Positions 6,598 through 11,240 of a DNA stretch of 11,240 bases are shown here, piece by piece (position 1 is the first letter of the stretch; every line of letters begins with the position of its first letter). A program made the position numbers and the translations under genes. Source of the DNA: a virus (lineage: Duplodnaviria; Heunggongvirae; Uroviricota; Caudoviricetes). The notes under the pieces are model-generated. The model had not been told where the DNA came from and ran no database searches. It saw only the letters and a list, made by a program, of their open reading frames with translations. The stretch is from the IMG/VR virus record IMGVR_UViG_2537561823_000007, positions 1 to 11,240 of that record. One strand, 5' to 3'.

Positions 6598-7644
6598 GTG
6601 CGGGTATTACTTCGACCTGTTCTGGTGCCGGAACTTGGGGTGGTTATCGTTAAGCCAGGTCGTGAATCCATGCAGGTATTCCATAACGGCAGAGTGCTGG
6701 TTGAACCGGAGCCAAAAAGCATGCGCGGTCTGCCGTCCGGAGTCGTTCCTGCTGTTCGCCAGCCGCTGGCGGAGGATAAATCATTACTGCCATTTTTCAG
6801 CGATGAGCGGGTGATTCGTGCTGCTGGTGGTGCTGGTGCATTGTCTGACTGGCTGTTACGCCACGTTAAATCCTGCCAGTGGCCTCATGGTGACTATCAT
6901 CACAGTGAAACCGTCATACATCGTTATGGTACCGGCGCAATGGTGTTGTGCTGGCACTGCGACAACCAGCTGCGTGACCAGACATCCGAATCACTCGAGC
7001 AACTTGCTCATCAAAACCTGTCAGCATGGATGATTGACGTCATACGCCATGCAATGAATGGCACGCAGGAGCGGGAATTATCGCTGGCTGAATTATCTTG
7101 GTGGGCAACCATAAATAACGTAGCGGACGCACTACCGGAGACGGTATTACGTCGTTCGCTGGGATTGCGCGCGGAAAAAATTCGCTCAGTATACCGCGAG
7201 AGCGACATCGTGCCGGGAGAGCAGACTGCCACCAGCATACTGAAGCAGCGCACAAAAAATCTTGCGCCGCTGCCTCACGCCCACCAGCAAACCCCGCCAC
7301 AGGAAAAGACGGTGGTCAGCATTGCTGTTGATCCGGAGTCTCCGGAATCTTTCATGAAACGACCTAAACGTCGCCGCTGGGTTAACGAGAAATACACACG
7401 CTGGGTGAAGACACAGCCGTGTGCGTGTTGTGGTAAGCCAGCCGACGATCCCCATCACCTGATTGGTCATGGTCAGGGCGGAATGGGGACAAAATCTCAC
7501 GATATTTTTACGCTACCGCTGTGTCGGGAGCATCACAACGAGCTTCATGCGGATCCGCTGGCGTTCGAAGAAAAGCATGGTTCTCAGGTTGATTTAATTT
7601 TTCGTTTTCTTGATCACGCCTTTGCAACTGGCGTGCTTGGGTAA
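6598..7644 (+). CDS. DUF968 / YdfU-like protein with C-terminal HNH-like Cys/His cluster (348 aa)
   Basis: GTG start. C-terminal CACCGKPADDPHHLIGHGQGGMGTKSHDIFTLPLCREHHNELH resembles a zinc-binding HNH-like motif. Lies upstream of rusA as is common in lambdoid nin regions. Confidence 0.75.
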   Translation: MRVLLRPVLVPELGVVIVKPGRESMQVFHNGRVLVEPEPKSMRGLPSGVVPAVRQPLAEDKSLLPFFSDERVIRAAGGAGALSDWLLRHVKSCQWPHGDYHHSETVIHRYGTGAMVLCWHCDNQLRDQTSESLEQLAHQNLSAWMIDVIRHAMNGTQERELSLAELSWWATINNVADALPETVLRRSLGLRAEKIRSVYRESDIVPGEQTATSILKQRTKNLAPLPHAHQQTPPQEKTVVSIAVDPESPESFMKRPKRRRWVNEKYTRWVKTQPCACCGKPADDPHHLIGHGQGGMGTKSHDIFTLPLCREHHNELHADPLAFEEKHGSQVDLIFRFLDHAFATGVLG

Positions 7645-7656
7645 AAGAGGTGACTG

Positions 7657-8016
7657 ATGCTCATAGATTTGGTTTTACCTTACCCGCCGACGGTGAACAC
7701 TTACTGGCGACGCCGTGGCAGCACATATTTTATCTCGGAGGAGGGAAAGCGTTATCGCCGTGATGTGGCGCTTATTGTTCGCCAGCAGCGACTGAAATTA
7801 AAGCTGTCCGGACGGCTGGCGATAAAGGTGATTGCAGAGCCACCGGATAAACGTCGTCGTGACCTGGACAATATCCTGAAAGCACCACTGGATGCACTGA
7901 CACATGCGGGGTTGCTTATCGACGACGAGCAGTTTGATGAAATCAATATTGTGCGCGGTCAGCTCGTTCCTGGTGGGCGACTGGGGATAAAAATCACAGA
8001 ATTGGGGTGCGCATGA
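7657..8016 (+). CDS. rusA: RusA-family Holliday-junction resolvase (119 aa)
   Basis: AAGAGG ribosome-binding site. Sequence PYPPTVNTYWRRRG... and DKRRRDLDNILKAPLDALTHAGLLIDDEQ match the RusA signature (RRRDLDN...K...DAL) as I recall it from DLP12 RusA. Confidence 0.85.
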   Translation: MLIDLVLPYPPTVNTYWRRRGSTYFISEEGKRYRRDVALIVRQQRLKLKLSGRLAIKVIAEPPDKRRRDLDNILKAPLDALTHAGLLIDDEQFDEINIVRGQLVPGGRLGIKITELGCA

Positions 8017-8702
8017 ATAACCAGTATTTACAGTTTGTGCGTGAGCAGCTCATTATCGCCACCGCTGATTTGAGTGGGGCAACAAAAGGTCAGCTTGAAG
8101 CCTGGCAGGAGAATGCCATGTTTGATACAGGGCGTTACAGGCGTAAAAAAATCCGGTACCGAGATGAAGTGACCGGAAAAATGATTACGCGGGATAATCC
8201 ACCAATCCCGGGGAAACAATCGCTGGCGAAGGGGACGTCAATTCCTCTGGTCAGTCCGGTTGAGTTTTCGACATCATCGTGGCGGCGGGCTGTTCTGTCT
8301 CTTGAAGAACATCATAAAGCCTGGTTGTTATGGTGTTACAGCGGGAGTATTTGTTGGGAATATCAGATCGCGATAACACAGTGGGCGTGGAATGAATTTA
8401 ATACTCAATCCGGTACCAGAAAAATTGCAGGGAAAACGCAGGAACGCCTGAAAAAATTAATCTGGCTGGCGGCGCAGGCAGTAAAAGCAGAACTTTTTGG
8501 TGGGGAAGGTTATGAATACCAGGAGCTGGCATTACTGGCGGGAGTGACAACTAAAAACTGGTCCAAAACATTTACTCGTCACTGGGTTGCAATGAAACAC
8601 ATTTTTCACCGACTGGATAGTGAGGCTTTATTGTTTGTAATGAGAACACGTTCAAAACAAAAGGCGGCATTTTCAAAGCAAAGTGTTGCAAAAGTAGATT
8701 GA
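8013..8702 (+). CDS. Q-like late-gene antiterminator (229 aa)
   Basis: ATG at 8013 overlaps the rusA stop (ATGA). MNNQYLQFVREQLIIATADLSGATKGQ... resembles what I recall of Qin QuuQ. Followed by a tR'-like terminator and the late region. Confidence 0.7.
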   Translation: MNNQYLQFVREQLIIATADLSGATKGQLEAWQENAMFDTGRYRRKKIRYRDEVTGKMITRDNPPIPGKQSLAKGTSIPLVSPVEFSTSSWRRAVLSLEEHHKAWLLWCYSGSICWEYQIAITQWAWNEFNTQSGTRKIAGKTQERLKKLIWLAAQAVKAELFGGEGYEYQELALLAGVTTKNWSKTFTRHWVAMKHIFHRLDSEALLFVMRTRSKQKAAFSKQSVAKVD

Positions 8703-8765
8703 AAGGCATATATTTCATGCAAATCTGATATTTTGCCGATTTTGTACGTGATGGCAAAAGCAAAC

Positions 8766-8792
8766 AAAACCCGCCCACAAGCGGGTTTTTTT
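8766..8792 (+). terminator. tR'-like intrinsic terminator downstream of the Q gene
   Basis: ACCCGC-CCACAA-GCGGGT hairpin followed by a run of seven T. Confidence 0.75.
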
Positions 8793-8874
8793 GTGCCACT
8801 TATCTCGGATAGAAATGGTGAATGCGCTGGTGGAGGAAGTAAGGGTAATTTTTAACCAGGTGATTCTTGAATGC

Positions 8875-8903
8875 TTGCAACATTTATTTCGTAACGTTAT
8901 TAT
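8875..8903 (+). promoter_or_regulatory. Near-consensus sigma-70 promoter driving the tRNA cluster
   Basis: -35 TTGCAA at 8875..8880, 17-bp spacer, -10 TATTAT at 8898..8903, about 9 bp upstream of the first tRNA. Confidence 0.65.
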
Positions 8904-8912
8904 CCTGCGCCC

Positions 8913-8988
8913 GGCCCTTTAGCTCAGTGGTGAGAGCGAGCGACTCATAATCGCCAGGTCGCTGGTTCAAATCCAGCAAGGGCCACCA
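8913..8988 (+). tRNA. tRNA with anticodon CAT, Ile2 (lysidine)-type, ileX/ileZ-like
   Basis: Manual cloverleaf: acceptor GGCCCTT/AAGGGCC, D-arm GCTC/GAGC, anticodon loop CTCATAA, T-arm GCTGG-TTCAAAT-CCAGC, discriminator A, encoded CCA. Very close to recalled E. coli ileX. Confidence 0.85.
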
Positions 8989-8989
8989 A

Positions 8990-9066
8990 CCGTCACCAGT
9001 TCATCAGGAAAGAGCGTCAACCCTTTAAGTTGAGTGTGCGAGGTTCGAGTCCCCGGTGGCGGTCCA
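8990..9066 (+). tRNA. Atypical tRNA, anticodon TTT (Lys-like) with C at position 33 and 9-nt D-loop
   Basis: Acceptor CCGTCAC/GTGGCGG (one G-U pair), anticodon stem TCAAC/GTTGA, loop CCTTTAA, T-loop TTCGAGT with one A-C mismatch in the T-stem, encoded CCA. Assignment tentative. Confidence 0.55.
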
Positions 9067-9068
9067 GT

Positions 9069-9144
<76 letters not shown>

Positions 9145-9147
9145 TAT

Positions 9148-9222
<75 letters not shown>

Positions 9223-9496
9223 GCATTTGAAATAAGCCTTATTGTATTGCAGCACTGGCGTATTTTTTATTACGTGGGAGCAGGTTGTTTTAAGAGACAT
9301 TCTGTTCTCTGGCTATAATTTGAGGCCAGGTGTAGCCTCAGTGCTGATTTTTTTACGACAGCAGAATGGTGCATTATCGGTGGAGATTTTGTATTTCCTG
9401 GCAGGGTCGGTGATGCATCATTCCGATGTTGTAAGCATCGCTCAGAATAACGTTGAGATTAATCGCGTACTAAGCAAAACCTGGAAATACATCCTT

Positions 9497-9524
9497 AACC
9501 GCCGCACCAGGCGGTTTTTTTTAT
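9497..9524 (+). terminator. Intrinsic terminator in the late leader
   Basis: ACCGCC-GCACCA-GGCGGT hairpin followed by eight T. Confidence 0.7.
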
Positions 9525-9639
9525 TCATTTTTTTTTCATGGCTCGCTACGGCGGGCCTTTTTCATATCCTCGCCACACCCGGCGCATATCACATCAAATA
9601 ACGCCGCGCAAAAGGCATCTGCGGGTGCCTTTGACGGGG

Positions 9640-9665
9640 TGTTTTTACGGGCCGCTGGTGGCCCT
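9640..9665 (+). terminator. Intrinsic terminator/attenuator just upstream of the lysis genes
   Basis: GGGCC-GCTGGT-GGCCC hairpin followed by a T-run; an AAGGCA/TGCCTT hairpin precedes it at 9612..9633. Confidence 0.6.
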
Positions 9666-9689
9666 TTTTTATTTACAGGAGAAAAACGT

Positions 9690-10079
9690 ATGTCTGAACC
9701 CTTATCCGGTTCCGGCACGGCTGCGGCGCTCGGTGGGGCGACGGTGTACGGGCTGTTTACCGGAACGGATTTCGGGATTGTGTTTGGTGCGTTCGCCGGG
9801 GCGTTATTTGTGGCAACGATGCCGCAGGCGCTTTCAGTCTGGCGTGTGGTGGCGCATTTTTTGGTGTCGTTTATCGTCGGCGTGCTGGGGGCGCGCGTGC
9901 TGTCAGCCTGGATTGCATCAAAAACAGGGTATGACGGTACATCGGCAGATGCGCTGTGTGCGGTGCTGGTATCGGTGGTGTCGGTGAAGATTCTGTCGTT
10001 CATCCACCAGCAGGATATTGCATCGCTGGTGTCCGGTGTGTTCTCCCGTCTGCGGGGTGGAGGCGGTAATGTTAAGTAA
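9690..10079 (+). CDS. Putative holin / lysis membrane protein (129 aa)
   Basis: ATG at 9690 with AGGAG ribosome-binding site 8 nt upstream. Several Gly/Ala-rich hydrophobic segments (GATVYGLFTGTDFGIVFGAFAGALFVA, VVAHFLVSFIVGVLGA). First gene of the lysis cassette. Confidence 0.6.
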   Translation: MSEPLSGSGTAAALGGATVYGLFTGTDFGIVFGAFAGALFVATMPQALSVWRVVAHFLVSFIVGVLGARVLSAWIASKTGYDGTSADALCAVLVSVVSVKILSFIHQQDIASLVSGVFSRLRGGGGNVK

Positions 10080-10344
10080 CCTTCCCGGATTACTGAATGT
10101 GGTGTTAAGCACGGTTATCGTGCTGACGCTCTTTTTTTATCGTCGTGGTGATTCCAGACATAAACCGCTGATGTCGTGGCTGGCCTGGCTGCTGATGCTG
10201 CTGTATGCCTTTGCGCCACTTTGTTATCTGTGTGGTCGCTTTCCACCCGGTAACTGGCTGGTCGTCCTGATTAACCTGGTGTTCTGCGTGCTGGTGATAC
10301 GAGCACGCGGGAACGTATCAAAAATCCTTTCATTACGGAGGTGA
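10069..10344 (+). CDS. Small membrane protein, holin/antiholin-like (91 aa)
   Basis: ATG at 10069 overlaps the previous gene's 3' end by 11 nt. Two to three predicted transmembrane helices (LLNVVLSTVIVLTLFF, LAWLLMLLYAFAPLCYL, WLVVLINLVFCVLVI). Stop lies next to the endolysin ribosome-binding site. Confidence 0.55.
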   Translation: MLSNLPGLLNVVLSTVIVLTLFFYRRGDSRHKPLMSWLAWLLMLLYAFAPLCYLCGRFPPGNWLVVLINLVFCVLVIRARGNVSKILSLRR

Positions 10345-10346
10345 GT

Positions 10347-10724
10347 ATGCCCGGTAAATTCAGATTCAGTCGTCGAAGTGAGAAAAATCTGGAGGGCGTC
10401 AAACCACAGCTGGTTGCTGTTGTTCGCCGTGCGCTGGAGCTGACGGAGGTTGACTTCGGTATTACGGAAGGCCTGCGCAGTAAGTATCGCCAGAAGCAGC
10501 TGGTCGCGGAAGGGAAAAGCCAGACCATGAACAGCCGCCACCTGACCGGTGATGCGGTGGATGTTGTGGCCTACATTGGTAGCCAGGTGTCATGGGACTG
10601 GCCTCTGTACGAGAAAATCGCGCAGGCATTTAAGCAGGCTGCCGCAGAGCTGGGAACTGCCATCGAATGGGGCGGGGACTGGAAAACACTGAAAGACGGG
10701 CCTCACTTTCAGTTGAAGCGCTAA
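10347..10724 (+). CDS. Endolysin, peptidase M15 family (L-alanyl-D-glutamate peptidase-like, 125 aa)
   Basis: GGAGG ribosome-binding site then ATG at 10347. Zinc-ligand pattern SRHLTGDAVD ... DGPHFQ typical of M15/VanY-like phage endolysins. Confidence 0.8.
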   Translation: MPGKFRFSRRSEKNLEGVKPQLVAVVRRALELTEVDFGITEGLRSKYRQKQLVAEGKSQTMNSRHLTGDAVDVVAYIGSQVSWDWPLYEKIAQAFKQAAAELGTAIEWGGDWKTLKDGPHFQLKR

Positions 10725-10738
10725 TAACCAGGTGGTTT

Positions 10739-10921
10739 ATGAGCCGAAAACACTGGACACACAGAATGCCGCGAACGGCGGCGAAATGGGCACTGGTAGC
10801 GATACTGGTGCCTTTTTTCCTGGTGGGATGCGTTAGCCTGGATAAGGTGCGCCAGCTTTTCGATACGGCCTCGCAGGTCTGCGAAATTGTCGAAAGTGCC
10901 AGGCAGTGTATGCAGAACTGA
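10739..10921 (+). CDS. Small lipoprotein (60 aa), possible outer-membrane spanin component or lysis-associated lipoprotein
   Basis: AGGTGG ribosome-binding site then ATG at 10739. Signal peptide with lipobox LVGC (MSRKHWTHRMPRTAAKWALVAILVPFFLVGC) and a 29-residue mature part with two more Cys. Not proline-rich like lambda Rz1. Confidence 0.55.
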   Translation: MSRKHWTHRMPRTAAKWALVAILVPFFLVGCVSLDKVRQLFDTASQVCEIVESARQCMQN

Positions 10922-10954
10922 TCGCCTGTAAGAGCAGAATATTGTTGAATCTAA

Positions 10955-11240
10955 GTAAGCGGCTCGTCAGAACCGTATTGATATTTACTGAGAGCTCAGA
11001 TCAACTTTCCAGGGCAACAGATCGCGTACCCGGTTTGCCGGCCAGTCCTGGATATGTTCAATGACGTAGCGCAGCCACTTTTCTGGCTCCACATTGTTCA
11101 GACGGCATGTGCCGATCAGCGAGTACAACACCGCCGCATGTTCACCACCGCTGTCGGAACCCGCGAACATCCACTTTTTCCGGCCTACGGCCACTCCCCG
11201 TAAGGCGTTCTCTGCGATGTTGTTGTCGATTTCCACCCAG
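10955..11240 (-). mobile_element. End of an IS66-family insertion sequence (continues beyond the window)
   Basis: GTAAGCG-type terminal sequence at 10955 followed by the 3' end of a transposase gene on the minus strand. Confidence 0.75.
10985..11240 (-). CDS. IS66-family transposase, C-terminal portion (5' end beyond the window)
   Basis: Translation ...ENALRGVAVGRKKWMFAGSDSGGEHAAVLYSLIGTCRLNNVEPEKWLRYVIEHIQDWPANRVRDLLPW matches the conserved IS66 transposase C-terminal motif (ENALR...GRKNWLFAGS...LLPW). Confidence 0.85.
   Translation of the reverse strand, partial: WVEIDNNIAENALRGVAVGRKKWMFAGSDSGGEHAAVLYSLIGTCRLNNVEPEKWLRYVIEHIQDWPANRVRDLLPWKVDLSSQ

Noticed and set aside
6273-7500. Minus-strand ORFs 6273..6722, 7011..7253, 7040..7300, 7186..7500 and plus ORF 6818..7033
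   Set aside because: All overlap the rem-like and DUF968 genes in antisense or alternative frames. Compositionally biased translations typical of shadow ORFs.
9242-10003. ORFs 9242..9601 (plus), 9538..9987 (plus) and 9536..10003 (minus)
   Set aside because: The first spans a region dense in terminator hairpins and T-runs. The others are alternative or antisense frames of the holin-like gene and give Arg/Cys/Trp-rich junk translations.

Overview
This window reads as the immunity-to-lysis stretch of a Qin-like defective lambdoid prophage of Escherichia coli, with identities assigned by eye from translations and by recall of K-12 proteins, not by any search. On the minus strand at the left are a partial early-operon gene, ydfD, dicB, the DicF sRNA, ydfB/ydfC-like coding sequence, ydfA and the dicA repressor. 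On the plus strand follow a short dicC-like cro analogue, the relB-relE-hokD toxin-antitoxin cluster, rem-like and DUF968 genes, rusA, a Q-like antiterminator, four tightly packed tRNAs behind a strong promoter, a terminator-rich late leader, a lysis cassette (two membrane proteins, M15 endolysin, small lipoprotein) and the end of an IS66-family element. The most interesting feature is a self-contained two-gene cassette at 4415-6250 between hokD and rem: an unknown 197-aa protein followed by a fusion of an XRE helix-turn-helix domain to an ImmA/IrrE-type HExxH metallopeptidase. It is bracketed by two identical 23-bp copies of a terminator hairpin and preceded by a tandem 13-bp repeat. I read it as a candidate toxin-antitoxin or anti-phage defence moron with Rosmer-like architecture, function unproven. 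No CRISPR array and no Shiga-toxin genes were seen.
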